Source: Lama guanicoe
Lineage: Eukaryota
Reading direction: 5' to 3'
Assembly (NCBI GenBank): GCA_013239625.1
Contig: MU056000.1
Span: 13,467,175-13,531,174 of the forward strand
DNA length: 64,000 nucleotides
Shown: positions 25,925-38,649 of the stretch, in pieces
How positions within the stretch are numbered: the first letter of the stretch is position 1
Layout of the letters: each line of letters starts with the position of its first letter
Notes under the pieces: generated by a model
What the model saw: only the letters and a program-made list of their open reading frames with translations
Databases searched by the model: none
What the model was told of the DNA's origin: nothing
Translations under genes and position numbers: made by a program

Positions 25925-26325
25925 TATTCTTCCTTATGCCATGACAGGCTACAGTAACAACTCCCAAATCTCAGGGATATAGACGAATAAAGATAATCTC
26001 ATTTTCATGTTACAAGCCCCTTGAAGAGAATGAAGGTGGCCTCTGCTCACCAAGGTCACCCTGAAATTTCAGGGACCGAGCTAGTTGGAGTTTCGAACTC
26101 AACGCCATGCACAGGACATCTAAAGCAGGATGATGAGAATTTGGTGACTTATTCTCTGGCTTTACAATCTCCACTTTAATACTCATATTGCTTCCAATCT
26201 TTTTTATTGCCTGCACAAGTCACCAGGAGAATGCCTAACTTTCAGGAGGATCAGAAAGGACAGTCTTGTCACACAGCAGGGATAGAACAAGAGTGTTTGT
26301 ATTCTGCTCTCATGATTAAACCCAA
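25925..26325 (-). mobile_element. Old MLT1 (J/K-like) LTR
   Basis: ggctacagtaacaactcccaaatctcag..ctctgctcaccaaggtcac..caagtcaccagg. Confidence 0.55.
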
Positions 26326-26565
26326 GCATACAAGTAAAGGACCCAGCAATTAGACTACGACTTCTCTTTAATCAAATCCCAAATGTGTGTAAAATAGAAA
26401 AATGTTGAAGAGGAAATAACACAGTGCTGTTTACTAGACTCTCATAATAGCAACCTTATGAAATTTGTGAAATGCACTGATATTTTTTTCCAACCCCATT
26501 TTAATCAGCGGAGATCTGACCAGGAATAAGTATGGCCGTGTGATGACAAGATACAAAATTATAAG

Positions 26566-26949
26566 TGTTAAAATAAAATTTTCCACAGACAATTTACTGA
26601 TCAGGCAGATGATTCATGAACTGGGCAGCATCCAATCTAGCAGACAGAAAAGAGCTCCGATAAACTGCACAAGGCGGGAGATTTTTATAGACCAAGGAGA
26701 GCAGGAGCAAGGACGCTATACCGAGTATTTGATGATTGGTTAAAACGAGGTTACTTTCCTTATATGGAGCAAAAGGAAGTCTTGGAACCAGGTCAGGTAA
26801 CTTGTGCTGAGCAGCTAAGTGCCAACTGGTTTACCTGAGGCTCCCTTTTCTGGGACAGTCGAGGATAGAGGTTTAGTTAAATTTGGGGTTGTTAACATGG
26901 GGTTTAGCATGAGAGACTCCATCTTAAGCCTAATCTGGTTCCTTTAACA
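26566..26949 (-). mobile_element. Solo LTR, ERV1 (MER4-group-like)
   Basis: Termini TGTTAAA..TTTAACA; minus strand has aagatggagtctc near its 5' end, a CCAAT and a ctataaaaa TATA; no clean TSD. Confidence 0.75.
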
Positions 26950-27339
26950 TGAAATCCACAAACAACAATCCGAGAAATTAATACCTGGCAGTGAAACTCA
27001 AAGACCCATATTTATGGAACAATTATATGTTCCATACATTGTCCTCGGGTGGTGTGAAGACAGTAGTGAATAAAAGAGACACCAAGCCCTACTTCTCACA
27101 TTCTAGATGTATTTGTTAATGTGGGTTATTTAATATCAAGGAAAAAAAAAACGAGTCTTCCTTTGTATGGTATGGAAGAGGCATCCCACACCAATTCCAT
27201 GGGAGTTTTCTTGTGTGTATGAAGAATTTGTCTGAAACTCGAGTGTGTTCTCCTTGTTCTGCAATGGTCTCCCACAGGGGCTCACTGTGAGAGGTACCCT
27301 AACAGGTTACAGCCTTAACTGCTGAGATATATAAAGAGA

Positions 27340-27580
27340 AGATGTAGAAGAGGCATACGTGGACTCCGGGACCAGGCTACCTGGGACCAGGTGCTGACAC
27401 GGCTACTACAAGTTAAGAGACCTTTGGTGAGTCACTTTACTAATTTCCGCTTTGGTTTCCTCAACTGGCCCTGCATCTGATGCTGAGAGGGACCTCTCCC
27501 TCACAGCTTACTGTTAGGAATATAATTGTCTAATACATGTGAAAGCATTGAGAACAGTGCCTGGCGTATCATATTAAATC
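27340..27580 (+). mobile_element. MIR SINE
   Basis: ttggtgagtcacttta..tttcctca..taatacatgtgaaagcattgagaacagtgcctggc. Confidence 0.7.
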
Positions 27581-27879
27581 TACCTCTTGGGTAGATGTGG
27601 GGATGGCAGTGAATATGTAAAACACAATGCTCCTTTTCCAAATATAAGGTCAACAGAAGGCTTCTGACACGCTGTCTTCAACATCCCCATAAATAAGTTT
27701 TCCCATTGCACTTTAGGGTCATGTATTGATAATAGTCTGTTCGAACACCAGTTAAAGTTAAAAACTTCGCAGAGTTTCTGTTGCTTTGCTGAAAATGTAT
27801 TTTGAGAATGAAAGCCAGTTTCTAGTCCAACAGGAGTAGTTGAATTGAAGTGCTGATTTAATTTTTTCACTAGCTGATT

Positions 27880-28040
27880 TTGTGTCATGTTTCACTTTAT
27901 TAGTTTATCGTATGTCTCCTCCTCTAGAATATAAGCCCCAGGAAGGCAGGGATTTTGTCTTGTTTTCCTCTCTGTACCAAGCATCTAGAATAAAGTCTGA
28001 CACTTACATGTTAGTCAACATTTTTGTAGTAATGAGTACA
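27880..28040 (+). mobile_element. LINE-2 3' end
   Basis: ctcctctagaatataagccccaggaaggcagggattttgtcttgtt..gcatctagaa. Confidence 0.75.
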
Positions 28041-28364
28041 AATTTAAAAGGAGTGAAACCCATCTTTCCACGTATCAGCCTCTTACCGAGATAGCCTCCC
28101 AGTAAAGATTCTGCCTGGAAGAATTTGCTTGGCTTGAGAATTGCTTGATCTGACAGTTTGTCAGACTATTGGATCATAATCCTAGTGGTTATGATTTTTC
28201 TTTCTTTTTAAGATGAATGGCCACCAATGCCAGTTACATTTTCATGAAGAGAGGAAGCTGGGTACATAGTAATTTACTTTGGGTAAATTAAAAAATACGT
28301 GTTTTCACCTGGTTTATTTTGGTTTTCCACCAAGGGGTGATAGATAACAAATTACATGCTTTTC

Positions 28365-28620
28365 TCAAAATTAGGTTCATAAAGGATATCATTCACATAC
28401 AAAAATTAAATTCTCTTTTAGATGTACAGTTGGTCAAATGCGTAAAGCTGGGTAACAACCACCATGATCCTAATATAGAATACTTCCATCTCTCCAAGTT
28501 TCTTGTGTCCCTTTTTGTTCAGTTTCCTCCCCCCACACCAACCTTGTAACCACTAATCTGATAACCGTTCTCAAAGTTTGCCTTTCAGTATGTCATATAA
28601 TGGAATCAGACAGTATGTAA
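28365..28620 (-). mobile_element. Old L1M 3' fragment
   Basis: aacaaccaccatgatcctaatatagaatacttccatc..taaccactaatctg..tataatggaatcagacagtatgta. Confidence 0.75.
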
Positions 28621-31299
28621 ATTATATTTGTGTTTCAACTATTTTTTGGACCTCTGTGTTCTAGTGGATGTAGAATTGGATTCAGAATTAATTATCTGAT
28701 GTAATTTTATTGGAAAATATGGTGTGTGTATAGATAGATAACTGTAGACATAGATACAGATAGAAAATACATAAAGAGAATGCATGGAAGGTGATGAAAA
28801 TACTGGCAACTTACAGATGCGTTTTTATACTGTGGTGTTGACATTTGTTTATTCCATGAGTAGCTGATCATTTTGCACATGACTCCCTCGTACATAGCCC
28901 CATATTATGCAGTTTAGAAATCCATAACTAAAATATTTGAGGCAAGAGACCTAAGTGTGAAAAATATAATGTATTTATATTTTTTTCTCAATACATAAAA
29001 AATAAACAAAATTTTTCCAAACCCCTGCTCCTCCAATAATAAACTCCTCACTGTGACAAGCATTCTCCCAGTTTATACAAGCTAGTTTTTTTTTTCCTTT
29101 TAGTCAACATTGACACTTTTCTCTCTCATGACCAATCATTTGCCACTTACTAAACATTTACTTAAACATCATTTCTATTGAGAAAAATATATCTAGGTTT
29201 CAAAAGAAAAGCTTCTACTCAGCAATTCATTGAAGACAAGTACTTCACTATTCTCACAGACTAAGAAAATACATTAAAAAAGTTTGTTTTTTTGTTTGTT
29301 TGTTTTTGTATTCTGCCCTTTCCTACTTAATGAGATTGCTTAGCAAGTCAAATGACACAATGAGGAAGAAGTCAATTGACCATCGTTGTGAAGTCACCGA
29401 GCGTCAATTTTGCTGTCACCTTTCTAATTTTTCTTGTTCTACTGCAACTTGCCTGACTGGATAATTCTTCTCATCTTCCCCTGCTCCAGATTCATCCCTT
29501 GCCCGGCTCTTAGTTTTATCTGCATAACACAGAGTTCTAACCCTATGATTATTGCCCAGCTAAATTGTTCCTGATGGTCCTTCACCACGGAACTAAGTAA
29601 GCCCAGACTTCCTATCCTGTCGCTTACAATCTTCTGCAAGACTGTTGTAAGAAACGTTCTTTGCTTTATCTTTTTGCTTCATCCCGACATATTCTTACAC
29701 TCTCCTTCTTTTGCGTTTTGGGCTATTTTTGGAATGAGCCCAAACTAACTTTGCTCTCACTTGGAAGGTCCTGGCACATTTGTGCTGCAAAGTAAATATC
29801 AGTTCTCTCCAGTAAACCGGGAAGAAAGTAGGCAATATCAAATCTATAGTTTTAAGATATTTTAGAGTTAATAAATAAATAAAGTCGATTAATATCATCT
29901 TTGTTTAGCTATTATAAATTATATGATCAGATTATAGTTAATTTTATTATGCATTTCTTGTACACCAGTAATTACATTTGTAAAGTATTATTGTTATTAC
30001 TTTCAAACAATAATTACAGCATTGTAAATGTCATTATTTAATGGGTTGAATGTAAATAGCAATTATCTTCATGATAAATTATAAAAGCATTCTCTATAAC
30101 CATGAATGCTTTAAAATTCATTGAAAATTGAAAGACTAGAAATTAGGCAAGTCAGGCAAAGACCTTTTGTGACAGTTAATAAAATCTAAATCTTAAAATC
30201 TCCGTAAAGCTATATTGCCACAGAATTTGTTACTGAAAATTCCTCCACCATGAGAACTTCAAAAAGATGAAACCTAATGAACCTCTTTCTTCTCTCTCAT
30301 ACACACTAGGATATACACAAAACACACTTATATCAACATCTTGCAGATGGTGTCAGAGGGTGTGTGAAGAAATTTAAGGCAACAATGTGTGCACTGTGGG
30401 TTCATGAACTCCAGAATGCATCAGATTGTGCTAAGGCCTCAAACTACAACTCTTTAAATCAAGAAGCCCTTAACTATTAACATATATCATAGATCTAATT
30501 TCATAGCTGTTAAATTGAAACAAGTCTAGATATTGTTCTGACACTAAACAACATATAGATGATGAACTAATTTTCCATAATTTGAGAGAATGAAAGCAGA
30601 CATATTTCAAGTGAATGAAGATAACATAATTTAGGAAGCATTATGTCTTCTCTAATCATCCCCATATCTTTAGGCTGAATTAGAAATACTCCTATGCAAG
30701 TGTGTCTATGTGGCACAATTAAAGGTTCTTTCCCTGAATAAGTTTACCGATTGGTATGAACATAAATTCAATGTAAAAAGGGACAGGTGTGTATACAGGT
30801 TAAGACTTTTGATTAAAGATACATGCTAAATATCAGTCCATTCATTAAGTTTTCCTCTAATTTGCTTATTAAAAGTTTAATTTTTATGTAGCTTTTTCTA
30901 TATAGCAGTATGTAACTATATGTTTGTATCTATGTATACACAGATGTGTATGCATATACACACATAATTTCACAGCAGTTGCTAGTGCTGCTTTAGTGTC
31001 TCTGATTTGATTAGTCTACTAAAAACCAAGGGGACATCAGTTGAAAACAAAGTACAAAAAAAGTATATCCACATTTGACTTCACTAACTTTCTTCTAGAG
31101 GGTTGACTCAGAGACAGCATGCCAGGTCACCAGCTGACACATCAAATGCTTATTTTATTAAAGTATACTGATGTCCGTGGTATATCACATAAGCAGTCAA
31201 CCCTGTTTACACTATTGGGTAGTTTTACTTTAATATTCTGGGTTTAGATTCTCATATGGGGCAGGGCAGACCAATGGGTAAACCCGTGAAAGCTAAATT

Positions 31300-31510
31300 C
31301 TAATTACCTAAGCTCAGTACTGGCTCCACTACTTTCTAGCTGTATGACCAGTAACAAGACACTTAAATTGTCTGTACCTTAGTTTTTTCATACATAACAT
31401 GAAGTTAACAATCTTATAGTGCATTGTGAAGTCTGAATGGATTATTATTTGTAACATGCTTAGATCAGTGACTGACTCATAGTAGGCATTATTACATAAA
31501 TATTTGTTTA
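31300..31510 (+). mobile_element. MIR SINE
   Basis: ctggctccactactttctagctgtatgacc..cacttaaattgtctgtaccttagttttttcat. Confidence 0.8.
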
Positions 31511-34500
31511 ATAAAATAAAATTATCCATTTTATTTCTTGTGGGTCGGATGCTTAAGAAAGAGGTTGAAGTTTTCCTGTTGTGCCAGCCATATAATTTAT
31601 GTGATTAATTTTTTCTTCTAAATTCTCTGCTTCTCCCTTTTATTTAACTAGAATTTCATCTCTAATTGTACCATTTACAAGTAAAATCATTCATACATTT
31701 AGAGATGAAAGGCCTGACTGTATTTGTTGTAATGTTTAATTTCTCTGTGTGCCTGTGACTGAGAGAATGAGAGAGAGACTTTTAAATCTAAAGCATCTAT
31801 AACGTTCTTCATTTGGTAGATACTCATTGATCACTATTCAGTGTTTTCACCATGAATAGAAAAATGACAAGTGAAGACATGGCCCTTGCTTTTAAAGAGT
31901 TTATATTCTAGAAATTTTATATAATCTACTCAATATGAAGGCATAATAAGAAATAACATTCCAGTAATTATTATATCAAGTTGATCTTCTCTTCATTACC
32001 ATTTAATGCATCATTTAATGGAGTTCATTTTTCTCAACACAAGAAGCAAAAATCTAGCACTGCCACATTTTTTGTCCAAATTGAATCATATAAAAATCAA
32101 TGTACCATCAATATAACTTCACAGAAAGGAAATATAGCTTAATGAAACAACGAATGGCATGCATTAAGAATAAATGGTAATATTTCACAAAAATAGACAT
32201 CAATTTATTTAAAAGCTAATTTTGAAATAAATACGGCATTTTAAATTGAAAAGATAGAGACATATTTACAGTGTTAATTATGGCTACTCTGAAATGTGTT
32301 GTCTCCTCTAAAAAAATGTCCTTTTTTTTCACTTTTAGTCATCAAACTGGAACTCCACAATTATAAAGAATGGATTTGCCAATAAACAGATGAAAGACTT
32401 AAAAAAATTCCAAAATTACGGAAGACAGAAAGCAGAGAAAGAGTTGGTACTTGCAACTACAGAGACGATGAAGGAGCAGGTTTATGTGCTCATGGAACAC
32501 TTAAAAACAAACCTAACATAGTACCACTGAAATACAGACAAGACAAAGAAGGAAAAACAATAGTCCATTTTTCATTTGCTTCAAGTATAGAATTTTCTTC
32601 TTGCCTATTCTCACATCAACCTAAAGAAGAGAAACCTGGTCAAGAAGCTTCGAACCTGCACTCACAGCCAGCACATTTCTGTTTAGTGCCACTTGCTGAG
32701 TGAATAAACAAGATGAGTTAACTTCAAGTTGAGTGATTTAGATAAAAATAATCAAGACTTCGGAGAACTAAAATAAATAAAACTTTATTATGTTTCATAT
32801 ACATGAAAATATTCACACATAAATTAGAATTGGATGTTTTGCTAACAAAATAATCTGAGGATAATTAGGAAATCTTGGAAATTGAGAATTTACATGTTGA
32901 AATATTAAAAATTCAGTAAGATCATTCGAATACAACAGTAAGATTACTGTCAAGAGTGTTAAGACCACCACCACCACCAGCAGCAAAGAGCAGATTTAAC
33001 AAAGGAATAAGAATCAAAATGACAGCAGATTTTTTCAATAGGACCACTGGATATTTATTGGAAAACAGTGGGACATTGCCTTCAATTTTGAAGAATAACT
33101 CTTTCAAAATGTAGAATAGATATCCTGGAATGTTCATTGAACATAAGCGCATAATAAAATATTCACTTCCGTGAAGGACCTCAAACAATGTAATTTAAGA
33201 TAGAGAAATATTTGGAAACAATGGCATCAGACTGAGAAAACCAATGAGGGAAGCCAAACCTAGCCATCCAAGACCCTGGTCTTAATACATACAGTAGCCA
33301 GCTCAGATTAGAGGAGGACACAGGCATCCAGTGCTTGGCAAAAATAAAAGGCATCGTAGAGAGTAACTTGCCATGTAGCTTTAAATAATGTAGATTATAT
33401 TAAGGACACTATTGAAGAAAAAGATGATATACTTAGCATTTTAGTCTACAAATAGTTAAATATTTCAAGTGGAAATATGTTTAGAGAAAAAAAGATTGTG
33501 CTTAAATTTATCATGTATTGAATACGCTCTCATTAATCAGCAGAAGATATTTCTAATATGTGCACCTTAGTAAAACTACTTTACTATAATACTATTTATT
33601 TTAGTTTCACAAAATGAGGGGAAGGACATGCAAGTGATATACACAGTAATTAGAATATTTAATTAGAATTAGGCATTTCTTTAACTTATCTTGGGCTTTA
33701 AAAATGCCTTAGTTCACACTGTTCTGAGATATTGGAGTAATATGAGTAAATTATGGGAGGTGAGAAACAGGAAACGGGTGATGAGCAAAAGGGCTTAAAT
33801 GTTAAGTTATAATTCTGACCTTTACCACATCAAGGGATATTAATTTTTAGTGCTTAGGAGAGAAATAACAACAAAAACAATTAACATTTCTGGCTTCAAT
33901 GTCATGAGAAAAATCAGGCAAACTGTGAATGCTTCTGAAGTGCATTATTTAGAGAAGAGCCCTGAAGTGGACCATCCCAGTCCTTACGAACATTAATCCA
34001 TAACAGTGAGAGGTCAATGGCATATTCATAGTGAAATACAGCCATTTGACATTTAATGGAATATTCAGATTCACAAAGTCTATGAAAAAGGGAAAGGAAA
34101 CCAAAGCTCTGTCCTCAAACGTTTCTGGTTGTTTCAATACAATATGTTGAGTATATGTCAACCCCACTGTGATGCCTGTTGCTAAGCAGTACTTGCTGGG
34201 GTTTGTTTCCACATAAACCATCTTATTTCATTCCAATATTATAGCGTAAGTAGCATTTCCTTGGAAGAAAATTGTACTTGGGTGACTGAAGTTCTTAATA
34301 AGCACTTTTCTCCCCCCACCTTGTTTTAAAATTTAACAACTTTTGTACCTACACCAGGCTAGAAAATATCTACACTTTTTGGATATCTTGATTATAACTG
34401 AATTGAGAGTTACCCGCTAATTGTATTCATAAAATCTTCTGTCATCAAATTTTCTTTCATCACTGTTTCTTGACTAATAACTACTGAAAGATTAGGAGTT

Positions 34501-34639
34501 GAACAAAAACTAAAAGAAAAGATGATAGGATAATGATCTCAGGCTGAATAAAAATGATGACAAGGAAATCACTCAGATATCAGTACAGTACAAAAATAGG
34601 TATTTTTTGACTTATGCATTTTATATCACTGTTTTTAAC

Positions 34640-35150
34640 AAATCACTACATATTTAGCAGCTAATCAGCACACACTTATTATGAGGATTGTCAGGAATCC
34701 AGGCAGAGATTAACTGGGTCTTCTGCTCAGGGTCTGACCAGGCAGAAGTCAATTTGTTGGTCAGGCCTGAGGTCTGATTTGAACCTCAGACTTCTCTTCC
34801 AAGCTCATTCAGTTGTTGGCTGAATCCAGTTCCTTGCAGCTATTAGACAGAAGTGCTGTTGTTGTCGTGTTGTAGGCTGTTGGCCAGGGTTTGCTTGGTT
34901 TGCTCTCAGCAACTAGAAGTTACCTTCAGGTCCTAGTTTCACAAGCCCCTTTCAAAACAAGCCCCTCTCAAAGCCAGAAGGAGCATCTCATTTGCTTCAA
35001 ATCTCTCCGTCTAGTCTCCTAAATTGGAGTCTCAGATGATGTAAGCTGTTCAGAAGAGTGGAATCCCATAATACAAGTTCTGTCATCAGTCCAGGGGACG
35101 AGACTTACAGGATGTACACCAGAGCACAGGAACCTTAGAAAGTTGCCTAA
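34640..35150 (-). mobile_element. MLT1 (E/F-like) LTR
   Basis: gtcaggaatccaggcagag..ctcttccaagctcattcagttgttggctgaatccagttccttgcagct. Confidence 0.72.
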
Positions 35151-35227
35151 TAGAATTCAACAAACCAGTCTGAATGTCAATAAGATTTGAGTAATTAAAA
35201 ATTGTATTGAGCCCTCGTTAATGGCCT

Positions 35228-35402
35228 TAGTAATTCTCAAATCTGGTGTCTATATGAATTACATATTAATCTTTAAAATATAAGAATTACTAGGCTCCAT
35301 TCCAGCCAATTAAGTTAAAATTTCTGATAATGTAGCCAGGCTACAATATTTTTAACATTTATCCAGAGATTCTAATACTCATTCAGGGTCAAAAGCCACT
35401 TC
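35228..35402. mobile_element. MER5-like hAT MITE
   Basis: taattctcaaatctgg..ggctccattccagccaattaagttaaaatttctg..gattctaat..aaagccact. Confidence 0.65.
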
Positions 35403-35478
35403 CTTTAATAGAAAAAGCACATGAAAATTTGTGTTAATATAGCTTATGTTATCCCCATGAATCTTAAATTTTCTTTTA

Positions 35479-35793
35479 CAGGCAGACCTTGATAAGTTGC
35501 AGGTTAAGTTCCAGACCACTGTGAGAAAGTGGATATTTCAATAAAGCAAGTTACACAAATTTGTTGGTTTCCCAGTGCATATAAAGGTTATGGGTACACC
35601 AAATTGTAGTCTAGTAAGTGTGCAATAACATCATGTCTAAAAAATTGTGCACACCTTAATTAAAAAACACTTTATTGTTTACAAAATGCCAACTGCCACC
35701 TAAAACATAGAGTTCCACAAATTTTCAATTTGTAAAACACATAGTATTTGTTAAATGCAATAAAGTAAAGCTTGATCAAACAAGGTTTGCCTG
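35479..35793. mobile_element. Tigger1-derived internally deleted element
   Basis: TA + TIR caggcagacctt ... aaggtttgcctg; Tigger1 subterminal text gttccagaccact, ttggtttcccagtgcatataaag. Confidence 0.85.
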
Positions 35794-36492
35794 GATGGAG
35801 CTTCTGCCTATCTGGAATTTAAAAGTGCTTTATCTGAGGCCAATTATCCATTTTGATCGAAAAGTAGCACAAAGCCTAGTATTTTTCAAGAATAAATTCT
35901 ATGTTTGTTGGATAAATAGCAAAGGGATACTATTTAACTTACAGGAAGGTATTGGCATGTAGAACAAGCCAATGGAATATATAAGAGGATGAATAAGAGA
36001 GAGAGGAGGAGAAAATTATTGAAATGTGTGTGCATATGTGTATTGTAATATTAGGCACATCCAACATAAGGTAAAAGAAAAAGAATAAAAAAACCGAAAG
36101 AATGAAATGACTAATGACCAGCTTTAATAGATGTGGACAATGACATTTTGAGAAGGTAAACACATGCTCTGATCTTGCAACAAATGAGGTGTAGAAGGGT
36201 AGTGAAACTTAAAGTCTTCCCTATTGCAAAGCCTGGGGGTCGTGATGCTTACCCGAGCCCTTCACTAATCTTACGTTATCTGGGAAATTATTTTCTGGTT
36301 TTCCACAACCCTTAGGTATGGTTTGTTCTTTACTGCCCTGTTTCTATTACTAGGTACAATTTTATGGAGAAAAGAAAAACAACTCATTTTACTCTTCTGC
36401 TGAAGAGTTGATAGTATTAATGAAATGATGTATTTGGAGTGTGGATTTTAAATAGTCTGAGTCCATGAATGGAAAGCAGAAGACATAAATTT

Positions 36493-36586
36493 TTAATATT
36501 TCAGAAAATATAATTTTTTTTATTTTCAGAAAATATTACATTTTATGTTTTAGGAAATACAGCATTTTATATTTCAGAACATATAA
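36493..36586. repeat. Degenerate ~24-bp minisatellite, ~4 copies
   Basis: Recurring tatttcagaaaatat(a)..ttttt units. Confidence 0.65.
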
Positions 36587-38129
36587 CAGGGAAATGAAAG
36601 TAGCTATAAAAAGCATCCACAGGTTGATATATAAGTTCCAAGAGATTTTACTGCAGAATTTATCAATTCAAATTCTACACAAACTGAACAAACTGGTATC
36701 TCAATAGGTGTGGGTGTGGGAGGTGGTAATTATTTTTCATATATCGATATGCTGTTCTGCCTTTCTGTTAGCTGATTGATACTCGGATTGGGGTATATCT
36801 TTTTATTGCCTCCCAATAATCAGATCCTTAAATCGAGCTGCCTCATAATAAAAGGTATATAAGAAAATTGTAGCTCCAAGTCTGAAATAAAATTCTAAAG
36901 TGACTGTCTCAGAATGTCCTGCCTTTTAGTTTCGGATGCATGAAAATAGGATGCTGAGTACTTTGGAGAATGAGGGGGAGCCTCAAGTCTGAGAACGGCT
37001 TCTGTTCGTAATAGTAAACATACATGCTTCTTTTGGGGATTACCAACTAGAAAATGTTTCCAGCAAAATATCTGAAACACAGTAGGCATGCCATAAGTGA
37101 AAGGCATCTTTATAATTTAAAACTTCATCCATCCTAACTGTTTTAAGACATCCAAGATATTCATTTCATAGGTCATATAATTTGCACATAATTTTATCAT
37201 GTTTAGGGCTAGTTGGAAATTGTATCAAGAGATTTGAATGTGACTGGCAAATATAAAGAAGACATCAGTACAATGCAAAAATTGCACCGATTAATAGGTT
37301 ATTTTTCCCAATTCACTAATGTTTTGCAACATTAGGTAACATCAGGTGGATGCGGAGTACATCAAACAACTGAATTAAACAAGAAACAGCAGAATACAGT
37401 CATTTGTATATCCATTCACCTTGAATTTCTTATATGGAGCCCACAATAACCTTGAGCTTTGCTTTAGAAATGCTTATGGCATGCATTGACCCAATCTTTG
37501 TGCATTTTGTGCTTTTGCATCTCAGAATGGAGAAATCTCAAGTGATTTCACCTGTTCTTTAAGTGTAATGTCCTTTATGTATCATGGTGCTTATTTATTT
37601 ATTAGGAAATTAACATGTTAGAAGGTTTTTGCCATGAATTTTATTAGGGCTTTTGTTTTTCTTACTATTCTGTTTACAAATTTGCATTTATTCTTTAGTG
37701 GTCTTTCCCTAAACCAAATTCCCCCCATAAACCCTGCTGTTTTTAGAGCAAATTGTGCTGAATGCAACGTTTATAGAAACATTTACCTTGCATTCTACTG
37801 GAAATGTTTCTATTCAATTTCCTATTAAATATTGGATAATTATCCATTAGAAAACACATTGTCACATTATGATGAAGCAAATACACATCAAAACGTGAGC
37901 GTTTATAATTTACATGTGTTTGCAACTTTACAGTTCATCTAATTCACATAATAAATATTTGTCAGAGTTTAATTTGTGCCAGTCTCTGTATTACATGGCA
38001 AGATGAAAATTTTGCAAAAAGAGATTAGATTTAACCCTGCCCTTGTGAAGTCTATCTTCTAGCTGAAGAGACAGAGATAGGAAATGACAATACAGCAAGG
38101 TGATGTTAGGAGTTGTGCAATGTGTTTAA

Positions 38130-38648
38130 TGAGGCTTAAGAGAATGAAGCTATTATGATTTCTGAACTAAAAATAATAAACTCACAGTAGCCAGTTTTAT
38201 TAGAAAGGACATTTATTAAATGGCATTAGGTCCCTTGCAAATTTTCAAGGAAATCCCAAAGAATCAAGTTTGGCGGCTACACAACAAGGAGTGTTGCTTA
38301 AATTGCATCACAACTACTGTCACAGTGAAGACTCTTCATCGTTTCTTCTGAGCAATGGCATTGTTCAGAGTGGGGACTGAAAATGATAACACTGCTGCTC
38401 TATTCTTCAGAATAAAATTAGTGGGAGACTTGGTCCTATAAGACACTAGTTTCTGAATAGAAGTTCTAGAAAGAAGTACTAAGGGAGGTATTTGACATTA
38501 TGTGCCTGAGCCGTAGCTAAATATTAGAGAAGTGACATCCTGGTTTCTATTTTTGAGAGTTATGGGATCTCAGAAGCTAAGCTTTGCCAAAACAGAGGAA
38601 AAGTATATATAATTGATGGTCAATCAATTATACTGACAATTATCCAAC
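38130..38648 (-). mobile_element. Old class III (MLT1-like) LTR
   Basis: Degenerate MLT-type motifs; similar to 44925-45270; abuts the ERV internal sequence. Confidence 0.5.
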
Positions 38649-38649
38649 C

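Noticed and set aside
29400..29900. Purine-rich, coding-looking minus-strand stretch
   Set aside because: Stops occur in all frames within short distances and no protein is recognised; more likely decayed repeat or unique non-coding DNA.
32645..32665. tRNA/SINE B-box-like motif (GGTTCGAA on the minus strand)
   Set aside because: No A-box or cloverleaf stems nearby.
36493..36586. CRISPR-like repeat array
   Set aside because: Degenerate AT-rich tandem units with no unique spacers, in a mammalian context with no cas genes.
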